From the IMG/VR virus record IMGVR_UViG_3300021399_000104: 52,136 bases of DNA; one strand, given 5' to 3'. The position numbers and the translations under genes were made by a program. Source of the DNA: an uncultured virus (IMG/VR IMGVR_UViG_3300021399_000104) (Duplodnaviria > Heunggongvirae > Uroviricota > Caudoviricetes). Shown here piece by piece: positions 39,946 to 49,535 of this stretch; the first letter of the stretch is position 1, and every line of letters begins with the position of its first letter. The notes beneath the pieces were generated by a model. That model was not told the origin of the DNA. It did not search any database and saw nothing but the letters and a program-made list of their open reading frames with translations.

Positions 39946-40282
39946 AGATCAGTACTCCATTTAGTTGGATTCTAGATAATTTACCAGTTTCTTGAGATAG
40001 AATAAAGTAAAGTACATTCTCCTCATAGACACCTTGTTCTCCACAAACTACCTCAACACCTTTAAGAGTCATCGATTTCTGAACAGTCGAATCTACACTA
40101 AATACGAGACCTTGCTTATTATCATCATATTCAATGTTTATCCCATCGCCAGGAACCAACTCACTATTAGATACTGAGGTTCTGAAGAGAGTATCAATTC
40201 CATTTTCAATATTATTCAAGTTGGCAGCATTGACGGGAGTTTGATTATCTACCCATCTAGTTTTAAAGTATGTAGTCTTCAT
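39932..40282 (-). CDS. Putative structural protein
   Basis: KT.W.D..TPVNAANLNNIENGI motif typical of phage tail/baseplate proteins. Confidence 0.65.
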   Translation of the reverse strand: MKTTYFKTRWVDNQTPVNAANLNNIENGIDTLFRTSVSNSELVPGDGINIEYDDNKQGLVFSVDSTVQKSMTLKGVEVVCGEQGVYEENVLYFILSQETGKLSRIQLNGVLIYEVE

Positions 40283-40642
40283 TTACCACTCTCCTCCGTC
40301 AAATATATTACCACTAGACCAATTGTTTTCATCCGTCCAGTGTTCAACCGCCAGATCATCTCCTACATAAACCATCTCAGACCATACACCATAGACGGAA
40401 AGAAATCTCATAGCCATACCAAGTTTACGTCTTGATTCTGGTACAAGATTCGCAGCCTGATAGATAGTGTATTGGGTGATGTAATCGTTTTGTTCTTCGT
40501 TAATGTTACAATAGTCTGTCAGATATGAATTAGCAGCATCCACGCACTTATTGACAGTATTATTGATTGCATTAATTTCTTTAGCCGACAATCCATCACC
40601 AGGATTTTTCTGCGGTACTCCTGTTTTATTAATAAGTTCCAT
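40283..40642 (-). CDS. Putative structural protein
   Basis: K..GD.LSA.EIN, VP...RK.G...F pattern; ends FDGGEW. Confidence 0.6.
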   Translation of the reverse strand: MELINKTGVPQKNPGDGLSAKEINAINNTVNKCVDAANSYLTDYCNINEEQNDYITQYTIYQAANLVPESRRKLGMAMRFLSVYGVWSEMVYVGDDLAVEHWTDENNWSSGNIFDGGEW

Positions 40643-40644
40643 AA

Positions 40645-40812
40645 TTAACTAAGCTTAATAGCATCTAGTGTTATCTCCTCCTCAATCTGGTTTTCTTCTG
40701 GGATTTGAACCTTCTTTCTCGGTCTATCAATTTTTACGACAGGCCTAGACAAAGGTTTAGATCTAGAGGGTTTTGCTGACATTTGTGACGTACGTCTTAC
40801 TATTTTAGACAT
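40645..40812 (-). CDS. Small hypothetical protein (55 aa, MSKIVRRTSQ...), not in the ORF track
   Basis: Hand translation; exactly fills the gap with TGATG coupling. Confidence 0.55.
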   Translation of the reverse strand: MSKIVRRTSQMSAKPSRSKPLSRPVVKIDRPRKKVQIPEENQIEEEITLDAIKLS

Positions 40813-41333
40813 CAGAACGTTCCTCCATTAATATTAGTTAACTTATCAATGTTAATATCCGTAATGTCATTCGTATCGGTTCTAATATCTTCAACATGAG
40901 CTCCAATGAATCGAATCTTTCTGTTAGAGATAATATTGCCATTCTGATCGACAATAGTAATACCACCTGATAGATCATCCAGGTACGAGGGCTTCTTATC
41001 TACTCCCATACCAACAATAGTAACACCACAATTGAAGGTACCACAAATAGGTTTAATTCTCTCAGTATTTTTCAATTCGACGATACTTAGATCTCTCCAT
41101 GTAAATACCTTTCCTGGATATTCTTCCAACTCAACTACAGTGACAGTCTTTCCATCAGTTGCTATCCTAAAGTAAATATCTTTGATAGTCTTTGGTTCAT
41201 CCGCATCTGCACATCTAAAAAAATTGGAAGTTGGCATAGAACGAACATAAACTTTCGCCCCAATCAATTGCCAGTATTCCCATAAGCCAGAGGGATTCTT
41301 TAAGACCTGGCACTTGCAATTTGAAGTCGTCAT
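40812..41333 (-). CDS. Hypothetical protein
   Basis: Coupled ORF; ends INGGTF. Confidence 0.6.
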   Translation of the reverse strand: MTTSNCKCQVLKNPSGLWEYWQLIGAKVYVRSMPTSNFFRCADADEPKTIKDIYFRIATDGKTVTVVELEEYPGKVFTWRDLSIVELKNTERIKPICGTFNCGVTIVGMGVDKKPSYLDDLSGGITIVDQNGNIISNRKIRFIGAHVEDIRTDTNDITDINIDKLTNINGGTF

Positions 41334-41818
41334 TTAATCTCTCCTTTAGCTAGTTTATCAACATAGTTATTCCAGTATGTGTCGGGATCAGATACAGAGA
41401 GCTTTTGATGACCTTTAACCCAGGCAAAATTAATTCTACCTTTTAGCTTCTGGTCCTTTATTTCCTTCTGTATTTCATAGTTGATCTTAGCTATGTAGGG
41501 TTCTTTAATTCTCCATTCCCCATTTAGCCATTTACTTACCCCAATATAATCAGCCTTCAACGTAATTATATCATCCTGGTCTATACTATCTTTAAAATAC
41601 TGGAGGGCTTTAAGAACTGCTAAGAGCTCCATAGTCGGATTAGATACATAAGAAGTTTTTAGAGTTTTAATCAAGTAGTCTTCATTAATCTCCTCTGAAA
41701 ACTGATCCAACCGACGCTTATTACTATCATCTATCAGTACACCACCAATACCGAGACGACCTGAACCAATCTTAGTCTTAAAATGACTCCCATCAGTATA
41801 TATAACAAGGCTTCTCAT
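41330..41818 (-). CDS. rnhA: Ribonuclease HI-like protein
   Basis: IYTDGS, N..MELLAVLKAL, ADY, WVKGH, N.YVDKLAK: the RNase HI catalytic motifs. Confidence 0.88.
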   Translation of the reverse strand: MRSLVIYTDGSHFKTKIGSGRLGIGGVLIDDSNKRRLDQFSEEINEDYLIKTLKTSYVSNPTMELLAVLKALQYFKDSIDQDDIITLKADYIGVSKWLNGEWRIKEPYIAKINYEIQKEIKDQKLKGRINFAWVKGHQKLSVSDPDTYWNNYVDKLAKGEIK

Positions 41819-41859
41819 GATAGTTCCTCCTTAATTTAAGATTTTCAATTTCATTTTAT

Positions 41860-42306
41860 CTAGATTTTAAATATCGAATCTACACTAATAACAGTAATAG
41901 GTTCGAAGTCTTCTCCAAACTCTTCCTTACACCACTCCCTAAAATCAGCTGTCTTTATTTCACCAATCTTATATAGGACCGATAGAAATAACTGATACCT
42001 CCTAGCTGCATATGAAGATAAGAGATCAAGGAATAGCAGAATAATTTTTTCTATATTATCTGAGCTTTCGGTTACATTCTCACATAATACCCGATGACCA
42101 AACAGAGTATTGAAAGAGGAAAATACATCTAACCACTTCCAAGGTATCTCAATATAACTCCCGGAATGCAAGAAAATAACCTGAAGAGAAGAATAACTCA
42201 ATCGACACAAAATGAACTCCTGGATAATATTATCTGTCAAGTTACGCTGTCTATCACCTGGGGAATAGGATAACTCCATAAATTCTTCAAATAATTCTTT
42301 AATCAT
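41860..42306 (-). CDS. Hypothetical protein
   Basis: ORF track. Confidence 0.6.
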   Translation of the reverse strand: MIKELFEEFMELSYSPGDRQRNLTDNIIQEFILCRLSYSSLQVIFLHSGSYIEIPWKWLDVFSSFNTLFGHRVLCENVTESSDNIEKIILLFLDLLSSYAARRYQLFLSVLYKIGEIKTADFREWCKEEFGEDFEPITVISVDSIFKI

Positions 42307-42581
42307 AGCATATCGACAAAATTAATTAAAGCATTCCCAAACAATATCAGCGTGTTAGTGTCGTCAAAGATTATAAACTCAGACTTATCACAAATATGCT
42401 TATAGTCTAACTTCTTAAGAATATCAGATAAGTCCTCATGAAAGAAGAAAGTAATTGATAATAATGGCTTTCTCCTCTCTCCTTGTTGAGTAAATATGAC
42501 AGAGAAGGGAGAGATATCTAACGCCAAGAGATAATCTGTGATCTTCTCCTGTATCTCAATTTCTCTGTATTTATAAGTCAT
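42303..42581 (-). CDS. Hypothetical protein
   Basis: ORF track. Confidence 0.6.
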   Translation of the reverse strand: MTYKYREIEIQEKITDYLLALDISPFSVIFTQQGERRKPLLSITFFFHEDLSDILKKLDYKHICDKSEFIIFDDTNTLILFGNALINFVDML

Positions 42582-43021
42582 CTCTTTATTTCTTCTACTG
42601 GCCCATCAAAATATCCAGTCAAGTCTATCATTTCACCTAGTACCTTCCTGTGACACTTCTCTGGATCTGTTACATAACCCATAAGAACAATGCCTTTGGC
42701 TCCCGTCGATGTTGCTAATGTCTCGAGTCTCTTCATTAAGCCATAGAAATTAACAGACGCCAAGCCAATAACATATTCCCTAATGTATGTATCAAAGTCA
42801 ATGATTCCCCTCTTGTATCGCTGAAATAATTCTGTCCTAGGCGATAAATCTTTAATGTGGATGGGAGAACCTGACCACTTACTAATAATGGGAGAATTAC
42901 TGATGTTTCTAATTATAAAAACAGGTAAAATATCCTCCTTGCTAAAATACTCAATATTCTCTTCACTAACGTAAGATGTGTAAACTTTTAAATTTGATTT
43001 CATTTTATTTATACAATCCAA
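42578..43021 (-). CDS. DUF488-like protein
   Basis: VYTSY, LSP..EL, F..Y..EY, IVLMGY...PEKCHR..L pattern. Confidence 0.6.
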   Translation of the reverse strand: MDCINKMKSNLKVYTSYVSEENIEYFSKEDILPVFIIRNISNSPIISKWSGSPIHIKDLSPRTELFQRYKRGIIDFDTYIREYVIGLASVNFYGLMKRLETLATSTGAKGIVLMGYVTDPEKCHRKVLGEMIDLTGYFDGPVEEIKR

Positions 43022-43275
43022 TTACTGATAACCTGAACGAGAAGAGAAATAATACCTCCAATCATCCCCCACCAAAGATCACCCCAATCCGGAGCATTAT
43101 CCAATTTAGCTTCTTTAATAACTGAAAGAACTAATAGAACAGCAAAAACGATGCCACCAACTAAAGGACCAAACATCAATCCTAAAGAAACTAACCAACC
43201 AAAAACTGCACAATGAAGCAATTTGTCCTGATTAGCCTTTAACCATGCATCAATCTTTTCCCAAATCTTTTTCAT
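43009..43275 (-). CDS. Small membrane protein (VanZ-like)
   Basis: DKLLH, KE..D, DWGDL with three hydrophobic segments. Confidence 0.55.
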   Translation of the reverse strand: MKKIWEKIDAWLKANQDKLLHCAVFGWLVSLGLMFGPLVGGIVFAVLLVLSVIKEAKLDNAPDWGDLWWGMIGGIISLLVQVISNWIV

Positions 43276-43302
43276 GTCTTTAATTTGAATTTTATGACAG
43301 AC

Positions 43303-43716
43303 TCACCTCTTAAAACGCCGAGTGGAACTGTTGAATGAGTCTTTTTTATCACCCAATCCCTTCCACTTCCTATTAGAGAATGAGCTATTGTTGTCCCAGG
43401 TCGACTTTCCAGAACCTGAATTAGATAAACCAAAACGACGACTGGAAAATTCAAAACCAGAGGGAGCACTATTTAAACGCTTAATGAGACCTACATTAGA
43501 CTCAATTAAAGCTAACATTGTATGAGAGTCTAAGTGATATGAAATGTCTGGACAATGTAATATGTCTTCCTTCGATAAACCACTGGACACTAAGAATTCA
43601 CTTAACTTGGTCATACTTTCACTTAATGACGTGGTCGCTAATAATGTATCACTACTCGGCTCATACACTTTATACAAACCACTCGATGCATCATAATTTA
43701 TAACTACCTCAATCAT
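43303..43716 (-). CDS. Hypothetical protein
   Basis: Coupled ORF. Confidence 0.6.
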   Translation of the reverse strand: MIEVVINYDASSGLYKVYEPSSDTLLATTSLSESMTKLSEFLVSSGLSKEDILHCPDISYHLDSHTMLALIESNVGLIKRLNSAPSGFEFSSRRFGLSNSGSGKSTWDNNSSFSNRKWKGLGDKKDSFNSSTRRFKR

Positions 43717-44351
43717 TAGTGCGTAAAGTTAAGCAAACCTAAGATAACCGCTAAACTACCAGCTATTATCGTGTTCCTGTTCTTTCTACGTTTCTCCTTC
43801 TTTAACGACTTCTCTAAACTCGATGTCCTACTATTAACCTTCTCAATAATAGAATTCTTATTGTCAATGATAGCCTCAAGATCAGAACGTATAATAGAAT
43901 CTTCACGTATCACCCCCTCATACTCCTTTACTACCTTCCTCTCAGACTCTAAATCATTAAACGCTATATTAATATCCTGAACCTGAACCGGACTAACCTC
44001 TACTAATGTGTCGAGAGTCAGTGTTGAAACTACTCGGCGTGGAAAAGTATCAGAGTCGGAGACATCAAGATTACCACGCAAAACAGCAACACTAGAATCG
44101 ACACCTAAAGACCTTAGTTCCTTTGATGTCTTGTACTGTACTTCCCTGATTATCCTGACATTCTCTTTTAAACTGTCTATGACTTTGTCCTGCTCCTTAA
44201 TAACCTCAACTAAAGAGTCATTCTGAGAGTGTTCGTAGATAGTGTCAACCCTCTCTTTAACCTCAGTACCCTTCCCAGAACTTCCAAACCACCAGCCTAG
44301 AAGTAAACCCAAAATAAGAAGGATACCAGAAACAATAATTAACTTTTTCAT
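43716..44351 (-). CDS. Membrane-anchored coiled-coil protein (possibly spanin-like)
   Basis: N- and C-terminal hydrophobic segments with a central coiled coil. Confidence 0.5.
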   Translation of the reverse strand: MKKLIIVSGILLILGLLLGWWFGSSGKGTEVKERVDTIYEHSQNDSLVEVIKEQDKVIDSLKENVRIIREVQYKTSKELRSLGVDSSVAVLRGNLDVSDSDTFPRRVVSTLTLDTLVEVSPVQVQDINIAFNDLESERKVVKEYEGVIREDSIIRSDLEAIIDNKNSIIEKVNSRTSSLEKSLKKEKRRKNRNTIIAGSLAVILGLLNFTH

Positions 44352-44433
44352 AATGTAAATCTCAAAAAGGAAAACTGAAGCTTACTCGCTAGAATTTAAT
44401 CTAGTTTTCATCTTCAGTTTGATTTTAGTTTAT

Positions 44434-45135
44434 TTACGACACGAAAATTCCTATCCTATACTCAATATCACCCTCCTTTTTGTAATTGACGTACTTATGG
44501 AAAATCCGATAATCATTCCCATCATCAATTTTCTGGATAAAGTGATTAGTCCAACCCGATACATTCAATTTCTGTAAAAGATCGGTGAGTCTGGATACTT
44601 TAAGAGATGTCCGCTTGAGAATCTCCATGTTCTTTTCGGCCGCTAAAATGGATTTGAGTTCCTCCAATTCTTTATTAGCTGCTTCTTCATCGAGTACAGA
44701 ATCAGGATCATAGTCAGTAACAGGATATTGAGAGGGTTCTTTATCCCCAATCAATGTGTTAATGAATTGACCTGTTGCACCATCCTTAATCGACGAAATC
44801 TCAGCTAAAGAGGTCTCATATCCGTGCGCTGCTATTTGTTGTCTTACCTCTTCCATCGTTCTCTTAGATGTTGTGATACCAAGACTTACGAAAATACCGT
44901 AGGGCTTTATGATACTAACACCATCATGAGAATTTACATAGAAGGTCTTGTAAACCGGCTGATAAATTAAAGATACAAGATTATGTAATTTTTCTCGATT
45001 TATTTCTTTTTTCTCATTACCAGTATTACTATGTGAACCATTAATAACCGTCGTTATATCCATAGTTACTAAAGTTTTTCTGTTTAAAATATGTCCACTC
45101 TTGATTAGAAGTATAAGAGCCGTAATTGAATCCAT
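44434..45135 (-). CDS. Hypothetical protein (true start probably MDITTV near 45063)
   Basis: ORF track; overlap with the vWA gene suggests a later start. Confidence 0.6.
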   Translation of the reverse strand: MDSITALILLIKSGHILNRKTLVTMDITTVINGSHSNTGNEKKEINREKLHNLVSLIYQPVYKTFYVNSHDGVSIIKPYGIFVSLGITTSKRTMEEVRQQIAAHGYETSLAEISSIKDGATGQFINTLIGDKEPSQYPVTDYDPDSVLDEEAANKELEELKSILAAEKNMEILKRTSLKVSRLTDLLQKLNVSGWTNHFIQKIDDGNDYRIFHKYVNYKKEGDIEYRIGIFVS

Positions 45136-47503
45136 ACATAGTGTAGCCCTTCATTGTGCTCTCTATGCGATGCCATTCATTTAAGTTATCCTCAAAATCA
45201 GATATGAGAACTAATACGGCATTCTTATTGTAATTGTTCTTGAAATACTCCATACCAGCAGCCATATCAGTACCACCACCATAAGAGATATGTGGGACAG
45301 GCTTCTTTGGATCTAAGTCACGAAGATGTTCTCCTAACCTAGTATTCCAAGAGATTACATCATACTTCAAGTTTCTATTTATCTTATAAAGACTGACAGC
45401 AATAGACTTAAGACACCTATCTACCAGCTCAGTATTCATTGAACCGGAGATATCAATCAAAAATACTATCTTAATGTCATTCTTAAAGTTCAGTTTTGAT
45501 TTTGACATTGGCACTACTACATTTCGTGGGATTATGCCTTTATTCCAGGCTTTCATCATATCTATATCATCCGTCATCTTCACTACTCTGTGCTTAACAT
45601 GCTTCATTACTTCTCTTAATGCCATGTCAACCTCATCTACCATAGGATCTACTTCACGAACTCCATCGGAAGTACCAGATTTAGAGCAACCTACACCGCC
45701 ACCAGCACGGATTTGGCCTGCTTCTCTCTTCTTATCTGCTTCATCACGAGAGTTCGAACCATGATCTTTCTTCAGGTCATCGTCACCACTACCCGCTCTA
45801 GACTTTTGATCAGAATAGTCACTTCTGCCTTCTTTTTGAGCATCACCTTGACCTTTAGCCTGACCAGTAGTGTGATTTCCTCCAAGCATACCACTTCGAC
45901 GCATAAGATCAGACAAGCCACTCATTCCACTACCACCTTGGCCTTGACTTCTATCCAAACCACTAGCAGCATCACGTAAAGCTTGCTGATATCCGTCCTG
46001 ATAATCTTGCATAGCCTGATTTTGAGCAGACTGACCTTGACCTGAACCAGAACCTGAGCCCTGACCTTGTCCTTGACCTCCGTTCTGTCCCTGGTTTCGC
46101 ATTTGTTGAGCAGCATTTAAGCCGTCCTGAAAACCCTGATCATACTGAGAGGAACCAGATCCTTGTTGAGAACCTTGACCGGGTTGACCTTGAGACTGAG
46201 AATCTTGACCCTGTCCTTGTCCCTGTCCCTGAGCCTGGCCTTGTCCACCCTGACCCTGAGATGAAGAACCTTGAGCTTGACCTTGTCCTGGATTTACTTG
46301 TCCTGAACCTGAGCCCTGCATCTGTTGTTGAGAACCTTGATCTTGACCCTGACTCTCATCTCCTCCTTGATCTTGAGACTGAGAATCCTGACCTTGACCG
46401 GGTTGACCTTGAGATGATGGGTCCTGTCCTTGCTGTCCTTGATCTTGACCCTGACCTTGATTTTGCTGGAGACCTTGTGATAAGCCATCTGCAAAACCAC
46501 GAGCATAATCTGGATCAATCTGTCCTTGTCCCTGTCCTTGATTCTGATTTTGACCCTGACCGGACTGAGACTGACCTGAATTCTTACCTACCTGACCATT
46601 TCGAAGATCTTGCATAGCCTGCTGATAACCTTGTTGATATGCCGCAGACTGCTTTGATAAGCCATTCTGATTTAAGGCTCTCTGAATATCTTCTTGAGTG
46701 ATTTTACTAGTATCTCCATTCTGACCCATATCAATCGACACAAGCATCTTTATAAATTGATCCAAGTGCTTGAAAATCAAAATGAAATACTCAGCGTAGG
46801 TCTTATCGTTTGGGAAAGGAATCGGATTGCCCATCGTGTCCATACCAAGATTATAACGCTCGGGGATGATGAACTTAATCTTCGTTTCCTTCTTCATTTT
46901 ATCGAGGAGCTCACGATACTTCTCCTTCTCTGACTCCGATATAGAGTTTTTGATGAGGTACTCGAGCAACTCTTCTTCAGTCTTTGGGAATAATGAAGTG
47001 ATATCAACCTCCATTTCCTCCATGTCCTCCTTCGATAAGACACTAGAATTAACTTCCATGTCCATAGCGATATTGTGAATGGAGTGATTCATTTCTGGGT
47101 CATCTATAATACGCTCAATTAAGGACTCACCAAAATCTATTCCGCAAGACTCATTAATCTGACGTATTAATTCACCTCTATTATCCCGAATCACATTACA
47201 GGCCGCTACATCGAGTTCCTCATATATTCCATCTAAGTGACCAAGATATATGTGGCCGTATTCATGCATCATTACTCTAAAATCAGTACGTTCAATACCA
47301 GTCTTAGAGCAACATATTTTATAGACTGCCTTACCTGTCGCCTCGTTGATATTCTTGTAACAATAACCTAAAGCGGAATTATTACCGTCATATGGCTTGT
47401 CAACATTAACGACTAAAAGATTACCTACTCTATTATAAGCGCTGTCTACAAATTGTTTAATATTCAGTAAATCACTTCTTGATCTCTTCGACATTGTCTT
47501 CAA
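45041..47503 (-). CDS. vWA domain protein with N-terminal HExxH metallopeptidase-like region and Gln/Gly-rich linker
   Basis: MMHEYGH, NIAMDMEVN, FLIDISGSM MIDAS, GGGTD, ISD; about 250-aa QGQG low-complexity tract. Confidence 0.85.
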   Translation of the reverse strand: MKTMSKRSRSDLLNIKQFVDSAYNRVGNLLVVNVDKPYDGNNSALGYCYKNINEATGKAVYKICCSKTGIERTDFRVMMHEYGHIYLGHLDGIYEELDVAACNVIRDNRGELIRQINESCGIDFGESLIERIIDDPEMNHSIHNIAMDMEVNSSVLSKEDMEEMEVDITSLFPKTEEELLEYLIKNSISESEKEKYRELLDKMKKETKIKFIIPERYNLGMDTMGNPIPFPNDKTYAEYFILIFKHLDQFIKMLVSIDMGQNGDTSKITQEDIQRALNQNGLSKQSAAYQQGYQQAMQDLRNGQVGKNSGQSQSGQGQNQNQGQGQGQIDPDYARGFADGLSQGLQQNQGQGQDQGQQGQDPSSQGQPGQGQDSQSQDQGGDESQGQDQGSQQQMQGSGSGQVNPGQGQAQGSSSQGQGGQGQAQGQGQGQGQDSQSQGQPGQGSQQGSGSSQYDQGFQDGLNAAQQMRNQGQNGGQGQGQGSGSGSGQGQSAQNQAMQDYQDGYQQALRDAASGLDRSQGQGGSGMSGLSDLMRRSGMLGGNHTTGQAKGQGDAQKEGRSDYSDQKSRAGSGDDDLKKDHGSNSRDEADKKREAGQIRAGGGVGCSKSGTSDGVREVDPMVDEVDMALREVMKHVKHRVVKMTDDIDMMKAWNKGIIPRNVVVPMSKSKLNFKNDIKIVFLIDISGSMNTELVDRCLKSIAVSLYKINRNLKYDVISWNTRLGEHLRDLDPKKPVPHISYGGGTDMAAGMEYFKNNYNKNAVLVLISDFEDNLNEWHRIESTMKGYTMYGFNYGSYTSNQEWTYFKQKNFSNYGYNDGY

Positions 47504-49052
47504 TATCTTTTAAGTTCAAACTCTTCGTCTCAGGTATCAATCCAGTAAAGGTTGAATCATTCCTCAGTGCTACCTTTCTCAGTGCACGAAGCTTATATCC
47601 AAACTTCTTGATGTTATTAGAAGTGTCCTGTAATCCAACAATGACATCTTCACTATAACCCAACCCTTCCTTCGAAACTAACTTATAGAGACCAAGCTGG
47701 AAATCAACAATCGTATTCCAAGTCACTACTAAGTTAGCAAGATCCTCTGCCGAAAGATCAGCTGTCGATTTAATGTCTTTCAACAATACAGAGGAAGTGT
47801 TTACTAAGATATTACAAAGATTAGTAATAAGATCTGGTGCTAACGGACGCTCAATCATGGAAATCTCTGGATCTCTCGTCATCTCGGAAATCTTGTTAAT
47901 GATTACCTGCATGTCTGGAGAACTAAATACCTTCTTCTCCTTATCCTTCGACTTCTCATCCTTCAATATGTCAACGAAGAACTTTTCATACTCAGGCAAC
48001 TTATTATTCTTCAACTTCTCAATATCATTCGCTACCGCCTGAAGAAATGTGAAATATTCTCCACCAACCTTAACCTTCTCGATCTGACCATTCTTCTTGT
48101 TCCTTCTCAGGCCTACACCAATCAAACCATCAAGAAGAGATCTAAATACTTCACTCCCCAAACCCGCCTTACCAAAACACTGATAAGCGGAAAAAGCAAT
48201 CCGAGAAGCATAATACAAAGTTCGTGGGGTAACAAAACCATACACCTTTCCATCTGTGTCCTCGGTGTCTTCATAAATAGACTCAAGCTCCGTCTCATTT
48301 ATGTTAATAGCATTTGCACTACCACGATCAACCAATAAAGAGGTCTCATCAGCAATACCATTCTCGATAAGCTCATAAATCCTGTTCTTCCTCTCTTCTG
48401 GTATGTCAACTTCCTGGGCATCAATCGACTCCAATAACTTCCTTAACTCAGCATCAAAGTCAATCATCTTACCCATCATAGCACCCGAATGATGACACAA
48501 GAAAGCACTTAAATCACCCTTCTCGTACTGAAGATTATATATCACAAATCGATTCATGGTTGGTGGCATAAGACCAGATAAATCACGACTCAGGTTTGAC
48601 ATATAATTACCAGCCGAAATGATTAATGTGCTATCAGGTATTTTCTCATCATTACATTTTCGTTCAAATATCAAATGCAACAAGGCACTCTGAACTCGAG
48701 CAGACGCAGTTGTCAACTCATCAAGGAATAATATACACTCCTTACCAGCAGCCTCAGCATCAAGCAACTTCTGATACCAAATCGGACGACAATGAACAGT
48801 AGCCGGAGTGTCACCTGCCTTAATACCAGCCGGAACAGTCGGATAACCAATGATCTCCTCATGAGTCGTTGAATTAGATCGCAACTGAATCAACTCTCGA
48901 CCGGTAATATCAGCATACATCTGAACCGTCGTACTCTTCGCCATGCCCGGATTAGATAAAATCAACAGGGGCTGCTTCGCCTTGTCACAGATCTTGATTG
49001 CACTAAATAATCTTGCATTCAGACCATTTGAACCAAAAATACTTTTAGCCAT
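47472..49052 (-). CDS. MoxR-like AAA+ ATPase
   Basis: SNPGMAKST Walker A variant, LFLDELT Walker B, IISAGN, NRF. Confidence 0.85.
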   Translation of the reverse strand: MAKSIFGSNGLNARLFSAIKICDKAKQPLLILSNPGMAKSTTVQMYADITGRELIQLRSNSTTHEEIIGYPTVPAGIKAGDTPATVHCRPIWYQKLLDAEAAGKECILFLDELTTASARVQSALLHLIFERKCNDEKIPDSTLIISAGNYMSNLSRDLSGLMPPTMNRFVIYNLQYEKGDLSAFLCHHSGAMMGKMIDFDAELRKLLESIDAQEVDIPEERKNRIYELIENGIADETSLLVDRGSANAININETELESIYEDTEDTDGKVYGFVTPRTLYYASRIAFSAYQCFGKAGLGSEVFRSLLDGLIGVGLRRNKKNGQIEKVKVGGEYFTFLQAVANDIEKLKNNKLPEYEKFFVDILKDEKSKDKEKKVFSSPDMQVIINKISEMTRDPEISMIERPLAPDLITNLCNILVNTSSVLLKDIKSTADLSAEDLANLVVTWNTIVDFQLGLYKLVSKEGLGYSEDVIVGLQDTSNNIKKFGYKLRALRKVALRNDSTFTGLIPETKSLNLKDIEDNVEEIKK

Positions 49053-49199
49053 TCTTAACTAAATTTTTAAAATTTTGAAATTTGTTTTTTAAAAGTTGAT
49101 AAATTTTACAATTTGTCACATATAAAGAATTGAACCCCTCACTTTCGCGTTTCGTTTATTTCAAGTCTATTCCTTATAAGTGATTAAATAAATAGACAA

Positions 49200-49535
49200 A
49201 TGATAAATACAATTACAAAAGGAATTAATATTTATCCTGATCTAGAAAATAATGATGTACTGGATAAACTGGAAAAACTGAAGGAAAACTATGACCTGGA
49301 AGTAGAATTCGTGTTTGAAGATGGATTACTCTTTACATATGATACCGAAAAATATGATATAAAATACTTTCCAGGCGATATAGCTTTCGTAAGTAAAAAC
49401 GATAATTCTAATATTGTGGCAGTGGAATTTCTCCTTGATGCCGTGGATATCGATGTCCTTGTAAATTTTGATCAACTTAAAACTAAAATATCTATCCCAC
49501 TATTAGATGGCCTAGATTTATTTCAAAACTTATGA
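49200..49535 (+). CDS. Hypothetical protein
   Basis: ORF behind a TTCCTTATAAGTGA motif at about 49170. Confidence 0.55.
   Translation: MINTITKGINIYPDLENNDVLDKLEKLKENYDLEVEFVFEDGLLFTYDTEKYDIKYFPGDIAFVSKNDNSNIVAVEFLLDAVDIDVLVNFDQLKTKISIPLLDGLDLFQNL

Noticed and set aside
45950..46620. Nucleotide repeats (GACCTT/CCCTGA) as a separate repeat element
   Set aside because: Fully explained by the Gln/Gly-rich coding linker of the vWA protein.
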